Both the position numbers and the translations under genes were made by a program. This document shows positions 27,542 through 39,932 of a stretch of 64,000 bases of DNA, in pieces (positions within the stretch are counted from its first letter, which is position 1; each line of letters starts with the position of its first letter). This DNA is from Epiperipatus broadwayi. Its lineage: Eukaryota; Animalia; Onychophora. The notes below the pieces were generated by a model, which saw only the letters and a program-made list of their open reading frames with translations, was not told the origin of the DNA and did no database searches. The stretch spans positions 2,790,001 through 2,854,000 of the forward strand of contig JAQFVV010000011.1 of assembly GCA_028023455.1 (NCBI GenBank), written 5' to 3'.

Positions 27542-29540
27542 AGAAAGAATGATCTCTTAGAAGCAGATGTTATGAATGGAAAGATATGAGAAGGAATATG
27601 CAATTGATTTTTGATTGAGAACATTCTCAGCAGTAAGAAAATCTGTAGAAGATATTGAATATGAATATAGATTTGACTGATCTTATTAGCATTCATTTTG
27701 TAAAACATAAGTCGCTAATTTAATGTAAAGATTATTACTATTATTATTTTTGGTTTATTGTATCTGACTTAAAAAAAGAAACTACTTACAATTATTAAAT
27801 AAAAGTAAAAAAAAAAAGAGAGAAACAACACAAAACAAACTTTAACTTAAAAGATTTATTATTTGTTTTAAGTAATTGGCTTTTCAACTATTTTCAAGAT
27901 CTTTTTCACAATCTAGAAAAATGAAATATCAAAAGTGGATATTCATCAAAAAATGTGTTTGTCATAAAAAGAAATAAAAGTTAAAAAATCCTTTCAAGCG
28001 AATCAATTTTAAACGCAAAAAGTGTCTGTTTTTATATAAAAAACTTTCAGACATGGAAACAAAAAACGTAGTTGACAATCAAAAATTTATTCTCTCCCGA
28101 AATCCTTAACAAATTTATTATTTGAATAGCACTTAATAAAAAAGTAAAATTTTATCCATGTGAATACGTTTTTAGATTACGAAACTAACCTTTACCTCCA
28201 GATAAAAATCTGAAATTTAATAACGTTATATTAAAACAGTAAATGTTTGATATTTATGATTAAAATATATTATTAATATTTAAATGTATGGGTGTTTTAA
28301 ATGTGAGGGGGGCGACCTTATGTCTAAAAATAACAACAACAATAGTTTCTTTTGAAGCTCTGACATCAGTGATAAATAGACAAACTAATTAATGGAAATT
28401 AAATTTGTTTGTGGAAGGTGAAGATAAATGATAATAAAAACATTAATGGCAATATCCAATGAAGGGTAATATTGAAGCTCAAGATATACGAGTTGGTAGG
28501 GAGAATATAGTAATCAAATGGGTTTTTTTTTATTTGAAGGTCATGTGATCCATGAATCTTTAATTTTTGAACCCCCCCCCTTTCTATTACTTCATTAAAC
28601 CTGAGGAAGTTTAGAAATAACACTTGCACATATAAAATGCACTTTAGATTTATCAAATATATATATATGGAAGTAGAAAATGTAAATAAAATTTTTAGCA
28701 CTAGATGTGATGTGATGTGATGTATTATGGCTTCTCCTTAAACGAAGTCAAGAATATAATAAACTGTAGTGTTAAATAGTTGTCAGAAATTTCTTACCAA
28801 AAAAGGTTAATGATTTGAAACTACATCTGATTTCCATTGATTATTGAAATTTGCATTAGAACGCTCTGGAAAATAAATAAAGTGAATTATTACTGTACTA
28901 TCTGACTAAATCTAACACTGTCTGCAAGTATATATGTATATTTTATAATATATAAATGAAGTTCATATATTTGTTGTAATTATTGTCAGACAGGAAGTGA
29001 ATAAAATTCCCCAAGTTGTAAACACTGTATGCTAATGTATACAGATTTATGCAGATTATCTAGTGATATAAAAAAACTGCAGAAGTCTATCCATAGTGTG
29101 TATGGGTATAAATAAAAAAGGAAAAGGATACACAAATACTGATAATGTATACTAAATGTGTGTATGAAGTAATTTAAATTCCATTGTAAAAAGATAAACT
29201 TGTGCATGTGCAAAATAAACCTATGTATTGGAAATTATGTTGTTCATTAGCCAAGAGGATTAGTAATTATATTTATTACATTATATTATTTATTACATTT
29301 ATTTATTTTTACTTATATTTATTTGTTTTATGTTGAGTTAATAAACTTATGTTGTTAAGTTCTAAATACCATGCTGAGTTTTATTTATAATAAAATAGAT
29401 GAATGCATACTCAGCTGGAATTGTCAACAATACTCTTGTGTGATAAGCAATTACTTCTAACACAGATGAATTTAGATGTGGAAAATAAACAGACAGAGCT
29501 TTATGCTGCTTGGTTTGGTCTATAACATAATGTAGTGGTA

Positions 29541-29700
29541 GTTAAAACAGCCAAAACTCTCCATACAGTATTGCCTGCACAGAGTAATCAATGGATGCCA
29601 GAAGGCTTGTGCATAAAATCCCCATCTAGTGCCTACTTATCCAATATCCCCAGACTAGTTTCTGTCTTCAGCTTGGATTGAAAATATTATTGTGTTTTCA
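29541..29700. mobile_element. HHR family 1: partial copy (minus arm ending in HHR stem II, short plus arm)
   Basis: 29541-29665 is the reverse complement of the family segment gacagaaactagtctggggatattgg...ggagagttttggctgtttt. It is followed by gcttggattgaaaatattattgtgttttca in forward sense. Confidence 0.85.
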
Positions 29701-30173
29701 TCTGTGTGTGGTCATGTGTAGCAGTTGTTTGAGATAGAGACTGAAAATCCTAAGTTGAAATTCCTCTATTTACTGCTACTGCTGCTACTACTACTACTAA
29801 TAATAATAATAATAACAACAACAACAATCAACTGCAGGGCAAAACCCTCATTAATAATTTCACATAGAAAAACAGTACTGGAAAAGACAATATTCACCAG
29901 GCTTGCCAATATCCAAGTAGTGAGAGTTGTTTTTTTATCCTTGTTTTAATTCTAGACGAAAATAGTTTAACACCAATTTACTGCATTGTTGTATGGTTAG
30001 TTAAGTTGGTTATAGGCTAGATTCCCATTTCCCTCCTGATTCTAATCATTTTTAAAAAATTTTTCACTCAAACTATATTTGAACTCTAAATAAGCATGAA
30101 AAACAGATGCACTACATGTGGGATGAGGCCCTTTATTCATATATTATCAGTTATATAATATGCGATATAGCAA

Positions 30174-32683
30174 TTAGTACTCATGATGATAGTGAAATTG
30201 ATGAAATGTATGAGAAGATAGAAGAAAGTATTCAATGTGAAGGAAAAAATGCATGTATATTGCTATTGGGGGATTGGAATGCTGTTGTGGGGAAAGGTAG
30301 GGAAGAGAAAATTGTTGGAAATTATGGTATTGGGAAAAGAAATGAAAGGGGTAGTCGACTTGTACAATTTTGTAAAGAGAATGGGTTTGTCATTTCAAAT
30401 ACTTGCTTTAAAAATCATATTAGAAGATTGTATACATGGAAAGCTCCAGGTAACAAAGAACGTTATCAAATTGATTATATACTGATTCAGAATAGATATA
30501 AGAATGCTGTTAAGGGTTCACATGCTTTGCCAGGTGCTGATATAGATTCGGATCATAATTTGGTGATGGCTAAATTAAAGTTAAGTTTAAAAAGAATTAA
30601 AAGAGGGAAAAGATACACAAGATGGGACTTGGATAAATTGAGACAAATGGAAAAAGGAAAATTTGGTTTAATATGTGAGGGTGAATTTAAAAGAATTGTT
30701 CAGGCTGGGAACTATATTAATGGCTCTGATGAGTGTTGGAATAGAATTAAAGAGGGATTCTTGAAAATAGCAAAAAATGAAATAGGTATTATTCGTGCGA
30801 GAAAAGCTAAAAGACCTTGGATAACTGAAGGTATGTTGGAAAAGATGGAAGTGCGGAGAAGGTGGAAGAATATAAATACTGAGGAAGGGCAAAAGGAATA
30901 TAGGAAATTTAATAATGAATTAAGAAGAGAAACAGATTTAGCAAAAGAAAAGTGGTTGGAGCAAGAATGTAAAGAGATAGAAAGGTTTCAACAGATGAAA
31001 AGATATGATCTAGCATTTGATAGAATACAAAGTATTTCTTGGGAGAAAAAGACATGGGTAGCAAGTGAGATTGCGGATAAGAATGGAAGAAGGTTAACCG
31101 ATAGTAATGATATATTAAAAAGATGGGAAGAATATATTCGGTATCTGTTTAGTAGAGGAAATAATTTAATTAGTTATGAACTTGAAAATGAAGAAGATGT
31201 TGCAATGGATGATAGAGGTATGGACATACTGCCAGATGAAGTAAGAAAGGCAATCGCACAAATGAAGAATGGTAAGGCTATTGGATTTGATGCAGTACCT
31301 ATAGAATTTTTGAGAGAAATGGGAGAATTTACTATGAAGGAAATAGTTGGACTTTGCAATTTGATATATAATAGTGGAGTTTGGCCTGAAGATTTTTTAA
31401 GAACTATAGTGATTCCAATTGCTAAAAAGAAGAAAGCTGTTAAATGTGAAGAGTATAGGACAATAAGTGTATTGTCTCATGTTTCTAAGGTGTTATTGAG
31501 GATTTTAACTCAAAGGATTTATGGGAAGGTTGACTATTATATTGCTGAAGAACAGTTTGGTTTTCGGAAAGGGAAAAGCACGAGAGATGCTATTGGTATT
31601 GTTAGGACAATTGCAGAAAGATATATGGAAAGAGATAAAGGAATTGGTATATGTTTTGTAGATTTAGAAAAGGCATTTGATAGAGTAAGCTGGAATAAAC
31701 TGATGTCTATCTTAAGAGATAAAGGAGTATTCTGGAAAGAAAGACGATTGATATGGAATATGTATAATGGGCAAAGAATAAGAGTTAGATTTGGATGTAA
31801 TGAGACGGATGAAGTGAATATAGAAAGTGGAGTTAGGCAAGGATGTAGTATGTCACCTGTTTTGTTTAATATTTATTTAGAAGATATGATAAATAATTAT
31901 TTGGACTGTGGAGGAGCAAATGTTGGAGGGAGAGTAATAAAGTGTATAAGATTTGCAGATTATATGGCTCTTATTGCTGAGGAAGAAAAGGATCTTCAGA
32001 ATATGTTGAATAAATTGGAAGAAGGATGTATGGCATATGGAATGAAGATTAATATTGAAAAGACTAAGTGTTTATGGATAGGGAGAGATGCAAAAAGACT
32101 GCAAATTGGAATCCATGATGACATGGTGCAGCAGGTGAAGGGATTTAGATATTTGGGTTGTTGGTTGAGTGAGGATGGAAGAAGTGAAGATGAAGTTAAA
32201 AGAAGAATAGCATTGGCAAAGGTGACATTTGTAAAAAGAAAGAAGATATTCTGTGGACCTATGGAAAGAGAATTAAGGAAAAGATTAATTAAATGTTATG
32301 TGTGGAGTGTATTAATGTATGGTTGTGAGACATGGACATTGAGTAATAGAATTAAAAAACGACTGGAAGCTTTTGAGATGTGGATATGGAGAAAAATGGA
32401 AAAAATCAGTTGGGTGAATAAAATAACAAATGAAGAAGTTTTGAAAAGAGTTAATGAGGAAAGAAGATTGATTGAAAGTATCAAAGAGAGAAAGAGAAAC
32501 TGGATTGGACATATACTAAGAAAAGATTATAGTTTAATGAAAGATGTTTTGGAAGGTATGGTGAGTGGAAATAAAAAGATAGGACGGAAGAGATTGACAT
32601 TATTGGATGATATACGAGATGGAAGGGGTTATGTGGAATTGAGGAAGTGGGCAAGGAAGAGAATGGAATGGAAGAATGGATGA
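30174..32683 (+). pseudogene. APE endonuclease (N-terminally truncated) + reverse transcriptase ORF of the RTE LINE; catalytic motif mutated to FADY
   Basis: EN motifs LLGDWNAVVG, YQIDYILI and IDSDHNLV; RT motifs YRTISVLSH, FVDLEKAFD, GVRQGCSMSP, IRFADYM and FRYLG. The first ~22 codons of the listed 858-aa ORF lie in flanking DNA or the TSD. Confidence 0.9.
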
Positions 32684-32743
32684 ACTGATGTAGTGACTAC
32701 TCTCTGGACCTGTCTATTGGACAGACTACTATTGATGATGATG
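30174..32743 (+). mobile_element. 5'-truncated RTE-clade LINE (family A) with 7-bp TSD
   Basis: TSD ATAGCAA at 30167-30173 and 32744-32750, (TGA)n tail, and a 3' hairpin CTGTC-TATTG-GACAG (32710-32724). Confidence 0.92.
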
Positions 32744-33898
32744 ATAGCAAATCTGGTCTTTACTAAACAATGTATTTATTATTCAGTGTGGATAGCTGAA
32801 GGTTGCTTGAAAGTCTGAGTTCAAATCCCCTATATTTACAATTGAGTTCCAGGTATAAGAATGCCTGCATTTAAAATCTTATTCCATTTACTGTAAGATA
32901 TAGCATTGCTACAAAATATATAATTTTTTTCCAATGTGGCTAGTTGTAATACATTTCATTTACTACTTGGAGAGAAAGGGGATTTTGCATTGTACAATAG
33001 CCTTTGTCGAGGTTTTAATCATTTCTATTAATCATGATGGAAAGGAGCGTTTATAGAAATATGTGCATAGCCTATAGAAAAGTTTGGAAATGGGTGAATG
33101 TAAAATACCAAGATTAAAAATCAAACTGATAATTCTGTAAAAAATGAAATAAAAAAGAAAAATAATTAAATTTGCCTAATGGTTTAAAACGTCATTTTGA
33201 TTCCCTGTGAGCTAAAATTGATGAAATTAATGTGAATCTTGCTATTTATAAAAAAGAAAATAAGGAAATTAAGAAAAGTAGATAGGGAAAATGATAAATG
33301 GAAAAATCAGATTACCAAATGTTTGAGGGTGACAAAAATAAACAGGAAAATTAAAATTAGTTCCCTGTAGTAAAATAACCCGTTTAATATCTTAAGACAA
33401 TGAAAATATTTTTGACAGTAATTAATCTACATAAGAATAAGTGAGATATGAGATTTTAATAGTGCAAATATAATTAAAAAATGTATTTTCAAAAAAAAAG
33501 AAAGAAGATACTATATTACAAATTAAATATTAAAATATGACAGAATAAAAATATTGCTTTAAAAAACCCACTTATAATGATTTGATTGATCAAGATATAT
33601 ACTTTGATAAAACCTTAACACAAAATAAATAAAAATTTATATGAAAAAGTAAAAATATAGCTACAAACAAAAAAGAATACTTCATAGATTAAAAATAGAT
33701 AAATTGTTAAAAAAAATAATAATAGCGCGGGGGGGGGGGTATTATAAATAATGAAAATGACATTATTAACAACTCATGATTAGTACTATTAAATTATATT
33801 TTTTTGTAAAATAGACATCGAAGGGTACTTAGTATTATATCTGGGGGGGGGGGGGGGTGTTTGCAACCGCATTCTGCTGAATTAAAGTGTTTATTATT

Positions 33899-34015
33899 AT
33901 TATTTTTTTTTCCCCATGGGTCATAGCATCGGCCGGGACGCGAACCCACAACCGTCTGCAAACAACTACTTGCTTGCATGGCGGCTGCGATACCTCTCGG
34001 CTAACAACGCAAGAC
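33899..34015 (-). mobile_element. tRNA-derived SINE, young copy with 12-bp TSD
   Basis: TSD GTGTTTATTATT at 33887-33898 and 34016-34027. Same 5' start (gtcttgcgttg) as the 27424 copy. Confidence 0.95.
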
Positions 34016-34394
34016 GTGTTTATTATTTTTGTGCACAAATTTATACTTTTCGTATTGCTAAATATCTGACTTTTTAATACGCGTTCTGCCACCACAAACA
34101 TGAGCAGTAGGTATTATATGTAAGTGCCAATTGAAGATATATATATATGTTAAAGACTTTCATTTATTTGAAGAATGAGAAACAGAAAAAAACGTAACAT
34201 TAAACACAAATGTAATTCTTTAAAGTATAAGAAAAAAATTGAATGAATTAATTGCAACTATATAAATAATTTTTATTAATCATCCACAAGACAAGAAATT
34301 ATCCACTTCGTAAATAATATTTTTGTAGTGTAATTTTCACCATCCCACCCTCATACAAGGTAGGGATTGATTTCTATCCATTTTTCCCACCTTG

Positions 34395-34764
34395 TCATCA
34401 TCAACCATTATCAATCCACTGCAGGATGAAGGTCTCTCCAAGTTCAATCCATCTTCTCCGATCTTTAGCTTCTCTTCTCCATATCACCCCTGCACACTTT
34501 CTCATTTTATCCATCCATCTCACATGTGGTCTCTTTGTGGGTCTTTTATAATCTCTTGGAATCCAGTTCAAGATATCAATAGTTCAACTATTATCATCTC
34601 TTCTAGCAATATGTCCAACCCAACTCCACTTCAATCTTTTAATTTTTTCAATGAAGTCATTAACACCTGTATATTCTCTTACCCATACATTACGTTTTCG
34701 ATCTCTTCTTGTTACTCCCAGCATAGATCTCTCCATACTACTTTGAGTGATCTGAAGTCTCTGT
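34395..34764 (-). mobile_element. RTE-clade LINE 3' fragment (family B)
   Basis: Minus translation QRLQITQSSMERSMLGVTRRDRKRNVWVREYTGVNDFIEKIKRLKWSWVGHIARRDD; near-identical in layout to 42588-42960. Confidence 0.92.
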
Positions 34765-34772
34765 GTTGATTC

Positions 34773-34814
34773 CCAATATGCACATTTCATGCTGAACCAG
34801 CACTCATCAGTTGG
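34773..34814 (-). ncRNA. Minimal type I hammerhead ribozyme (family 2), intact core
   Basis: CCAA CUGAUGA GUGCUG-GUU-CAGCAU GAAA UGUGCA UA UUGG: stem I ccaa/ttgg, 6-bp stem II, near-palindromic AUGUGCAU, AUA cleavage triplet. The twin at 35073-35114 (+) has G12>A and an AUC triplet. Confidence 0.75.
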
Positions 34815-36255
34815 CATAGTGAAAATCATACTACAGAAATATTATTCATAGAATGGATACTCTCCAGTCTAACAGATGACTAATAAAAATTACTAATATA
34901 CTTAGATAGTCAAAATAAGAGTCATAGATCATGTGACCCTAATATACTTACTTTCATTAAGTGGTTTGTGTCAAATTTATGAGAGCAGTAAGTTTGACAC
35001 ATTAATTAAAATGTAGTAATTGTCTATCTATATATACTAAACAAAGATATGTGTAAGAGATTGTGATCTGGGCCAACTGATGAGTGCTGGTTCAGCATAA
35101 AATGTGCATCTTGGGTCTCATATACCTTTTTCACATCTTTGATCATATTTATGATTACATTCTTCCACAAAGTGTTAAAAGTGGATAGAAACCAGTCTCT
35201 ACCTTGTATGACAGTGGTAAAGTGAAAATTAAAATACAGAAATATTATGCAACAATATATCCTGTACTACCTACATATAGATAGTCCAACTGTATTGGCA
35301 TTTTGTAATATTTAAAAAGGTAAAAAAAGTAAAAATTAAAGATTGTTCAAAAGACGCAATTTAGTGTTTTTTTTCTAGTTAATATGATTTATTCTTGGAA
35401 ATATACAATGAAAGTTATTTGTGTCGATATTATCTATTTAATTTTATTAAAGGTAAAATTGGAAAGAATGTAAGTGCATAGAGATTATTTCTCCAGAGAA
35501 ATAAAAGAAAAACATTAAGCTAATTAAAGATCGTGGAAATATTTTATAAAGGAGAGGCTTTGTAACTAAAAAATAATAATAATTGTACAAGATTAAAAAG
35601 CTTGTTTTATGATAAAACAAAACAAGGATATATGCACAGAGGTCTACATACAGGATGTGAGCATAAAAGGAAGAAAACAGCTTCAAGCTTGGCTTGTTGT
35701 CTTGTTCTTTCGACTGGTTATTTCCGTGGGGGTCCTGGGTAGTAAAATGCTTCTACCCAGGACTACTACTCATCTGCTGAACAAAGTTTTTATGTAGAAA
35801 TGGAAACTCGAGCATTTTGAAGACATCTGGGCGTAAAGATGTCACTCCAAAAGCTTCTGACCAAAAATGTGAAACTGTTGGCAGAAGAAAACCAAAGCAC
35901 ATGAGCTCTTTCATCCCCAAAAAAACCATGCATGGTGCAATCTATGGTCTACACAAACTTACCATTAAGCTAGTTGAAATTCATACCCTAATTCGTGTCT
36001 AAAAATGTTTGCAAACTAACCTAAACCATAAGCTTATAATATACTACCAATAGAAACATTCCCTGATTTATTATAGACATTTTATCATGGATCGCTTTCT
36101 ACAAGAAACTTGAAAGAAGTGAACTGTTTTAATTATTTAATGTTATTATCTGGATGAGCAGGTATGTGCTTTCCAATTATATTAATAATTTATCGTTAAA
36201 TATTTTAATTGGTTTTAATAAAATATTTAGTATTAATATAACACTTCTGTTGTAT

Positions 36256-36651
36256 TAAACCAGCAAGCATCACATGGTGGCTATGGTTGTTAAAGAGCCA
36301 AAGACACCAAAATGTATGGGTGCTGAACTGAGTTCAGACCCATATGACTATATAAGCTATTGAGCTTAGATTGAAAATATTTTTTGTATTTTCAATTTTA
36401 TGCTCATAGTTTTGTAGTTAATAGAGATAAAAGGTGGTTGCTAGAGGGTTGCATTAGATCCTAAGATCTAGATGCAGTGCTCTCAGATCCAAAGCTCCTC
36501 ACTGACGAAGGCCACAAGACAGAAACTAGTCTGAGGATATTGGATGAGTAGGCATTAGATAGGGATTTTATGCACAAGCCTTCTGGCATCCATTGATTAC
36601 TCTGTTTGGCACAGGTGGCACTACTATATGGAGTTTTGCTTTGCTTTCTTT
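36256..36651. mobile_element. HHR family 1 copy with 13-bp TSD
   Basis: TSD ACTTCTGTTGTAT at 36243-36255 and 36652-36664. A ~20-bp inverted end motif is followed by a ~365-nt plus arm containing the HHR. Confidence 0.9.
36496..36537 (+). ncRNA. Minimal type I hammerhead ribozyme (family 1), best-preserved copy
   Basis: TCCTCA CTGACGA aggccacaagaca GAAA CTAG TC TGAGGA: perfect 6-bp stem I extended by atccaa/ttggat, palindromic ACUAGU stem III, GUC triplet (cut after 36531). Stem II has mismatches in this copy. Confidence 0.8.
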
Positions 36652-37879
36652 ACTTCTGTTGTATGTTATTAATGTTAGTTTATTAGAATTTATTATGTAT
36701 AAATTACCTTTGCCAACGTGCTTGTTTAAGCCTGGGAAAATTCTTTAAAAAAACATTAAATTTAGTTATTTGCTGTGAATCTATGAAATGTGATGCAATT
36801 TTAAGAGCAAAAAAAAAACATAGTGTCTAAAATACTACATTTTAGTTGTTTAATGTGAATCTACAATATTCGATGTGTCTGAATTTAGTGGGTTAACAAC
36901 CCTGGCACCCTTTTAAATAAATAAAAAACTGATTCTGCTGGCAGTGTATATCATAATAAAATATTAGGTCAAGTTAATCAGGAAATATAGCTATGTTTTT
37001 AGAAATATGAACAACATATTTTTGTTTTATAAAGGTGGATTAATTTGCATTTTCTAGTGTATAAAATAAAAGGCCTAACCCCCCAAAAATATTACAACTC
37101 TTATATTAATATAATTGATTTACTGATATTAATTAAAAGAAATATAAAAAAATAAAGTTTATCTATGTAATATTAAAATTACATTAAAAAATTATAGAAA
37201 AGATTGAGGTGTATTAATTTTTTGTTGGAGAAAATATTTGATATTGAAAAACCAAAAATTCCTTTGAATTAAATGACATACAAGTTACACTATTAGCAAT
37301 ATAGAGATCACTAGTTATAAATTGTAGAATGTTTATAGATGAATTGAAATTATAGTTAAAGAGTTTTATAAAATTAACAATGAAATAATATTGATAATTT
37401 AGATGCATATTAATTAACATTAAAATTCTAAAACTATTGAAGATTATATAGGTGTATTAGCTATTTATAGTATATTCTAATATATTAAAACTTTTGCAAG
37501 AAAAGAAATAATGAATAATATGATTTACCCTAGTTAAAAAAAAGATTTTCATTGTAGTTATTAAAGAAAAGATTACTAATCATTACTTTACATTTCTGTC
37601 TATACAAAATAAAATACCATATAATACTAAATTGCCCAAGCACTTTACTACTGTTACACAATGCTTTATTTACCTCCCTTTCTTACAGTCTACAGTTTTG
37701 ATTGCCCCAGCAATCTTCTTCAGGACTTCCTATCTTCTAACCCCAACTGTTAAATTCAAATTGTAAAAATTTACCGTTAAACTTTTAGTATCCCCCTTTT
37801 TATAAATTTTTGCTTGGACCATTTAGTATTATATGGTATACATTTGGCAATGCAATAAGAAAGAGTAGTTATTATACTT

Positions 37880-39420
37880 TTTGCAAAACAAAATAAAAGA
37901 CAACATACTAAAATCTTATCACAATTATTTAATAAAATTGGTCCATAAAACTGATTGGAATGAAGTGACAACAAATATAAAAAGTTTAAAAAAATTACAA
38001 AAAATTAATTGTTCATTACATAGTTTAAAAAATAATGATAAAAATACTATGTATCAGAAATTTGTAGAAATATTCAATGATTTATAGAAAAAAAATCAAA
38101 AGAAATCTTTATGATTAAAAAAAAAAAACAACAATAAAAATTGCAATATTGCATATTGGATTAATATTAAAATAATAAAATTGTACAAGAAAGGAAAAAA
38201 AACCAACAAAATTATGATATATTTTTTGAATATTCGGTAATAAGAAGCAAGAGTAATTCTAAATAAAGGCAGAAAAAATATTAAACTATAAAATCAATTT
38301 TAATGGAAATAAAGATGATATAAATGAAAGAAAAATATAAAATATTATTTAGGAAATCTATTTCTATAAATGATGAAGATTAAAAAAATATTTTAATATG
38401 AATAATAGTATTCTTCTAGTATCACTTTTAATATCATATTTTCATAAAGAATAAATTAATAATAAACTAAAAAATATAAACATAGTATTAATATTTTAAA
38501 AAATTATAATAGTCAACCTTATTTAACTTCTCTGCCAAATTCATATGAAAAAGAACTTATATAAAATAATAATAATGGTTAAAAAAACAAATAAATATAA
38601 ATCTAGGAATAGATAAAATCAGAATGATAGATGTAAATAAAAATATTAAAATACTAAAACAATAGATAATGGTTAATTGACAATGACTTAAATGATAAAA
38701 AATAAGTATAATTTTTTTTTAGATTTTTATAACGCTTTTGATATTATTAATCATAAGCAATTAATTCATAGTTTAGAAAAGGATGAAATGAAAAGTAGAT
38801 TGTTCAATTTTTCTAAAGTTATTTAAAAAATAAATACATTTAATTATAGATTTGGACCCAGAGTTTCAAACTCCCTTTAGCTTTCTACTCTATCTCATAT
38901 AACCTATACACATGACCACATACATAACTAAAATATCAAATGTATTAAGTAATAAACATGTGGAGTTTCTCATCATTGTATATTTAATGCAATGTTTTTT
39001 TTCTTGTTTTTATAAATGCCTTAGAAAATATTAATACTGAAGAATCAATATTTCATTTTGCTGTCAAGAATGTAATTATGAACCTGAATAACATTATTGA
39101 TATTGTGATTAAAAATTGTCAAGAAAGCTTTAATAAAATTACTCATTGGTGCACTGACAAAAAAATTTATTTAAGTGGAGGCAAAATAAAATGTGTGTTA
39201 ATATATTCTCGCATGAAATATAAAAAATTAATATATACTTACATTCACCTGATTGCATATATATATAATAATACTACAATGTGTAATGATAATAAATGTA
39301 TAAATTAAAATGAGTAAAAAAATATTAGATATCTTGAAAAGACAATAGGTGAAAATATGATTTGAAAATAGCATATTAAGATTCTAATTCATAAATTTAA
39401 TAAGATATTTTATATCAATG
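37880..39420 (+). mobile_element. Highly decayed LINE RT (CR1/L2/Jockey-like)
   Basis: Residual motifs NLGIDKIRMID (~38599), LDFYNAFDIINHKQLIHSLE (~38719), NKITHWCTDKKIYLSGGKIKCVL (~39132) and RYLEKTIGENM (~39328), with many stops. Confidence 0.55.
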
Positions 39421-39761
39421 TTTTACAAATTCAATGACATTTTGCTTTCGATTGTTTTGGTTTCCATAATAGAGTTGCAATAGTCACTGTTTTGTTCCAA
39501 GCCCTCCCCTCCCCCCCAAGGAAATATTGTTTAAATCAATAATAGTTCAAGCTTTGTTTATTAGCTTTCATTAAAATTCATACATTATTTATATATTGTC
39601 TTGTAGGTATACAGAACTTTTGGAACACATATGTGAACATGTGTAACATAGGCTCTTTTTTTACATATATAAGATGCATATATGAATTAGCATTATAGTA
39701 TAAACAATTTAAAAATAATAATAATGTAGTTACTAATAATAAATTGAGAAGTTACATTTTC

Positions 39762-39932
<171 letters not shown>

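Larger units (their letters stand above)
34285..35290. mobile_element. HHR family 2 element: minus arm (~34285-34815, interrupted by a LINE) plus a plus arm longer than one ~400-nt monomer
   Basis: The left arm mirrors 35073-35260. agtgaaaat...tacagaaatattat occurs at both 34818 and 35221 in direct orientation, with one HHR between them. Confidence 0.8.

Noticed and set aside
29655-29675. Minus-strand CTGAAGA-ca-GAAA-CTAG-TC as a new stem II-less hammerhead
   Set aside because: It is created by the inversion junction and stem I does not pair.
30107-30173. N-terminus of the listed 858-aa ORF as a real protein start
   Set aside because: It lies outside the element (upstream of and within the TSD). 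The in-frame fusion with flanking DNA is fortuitous.
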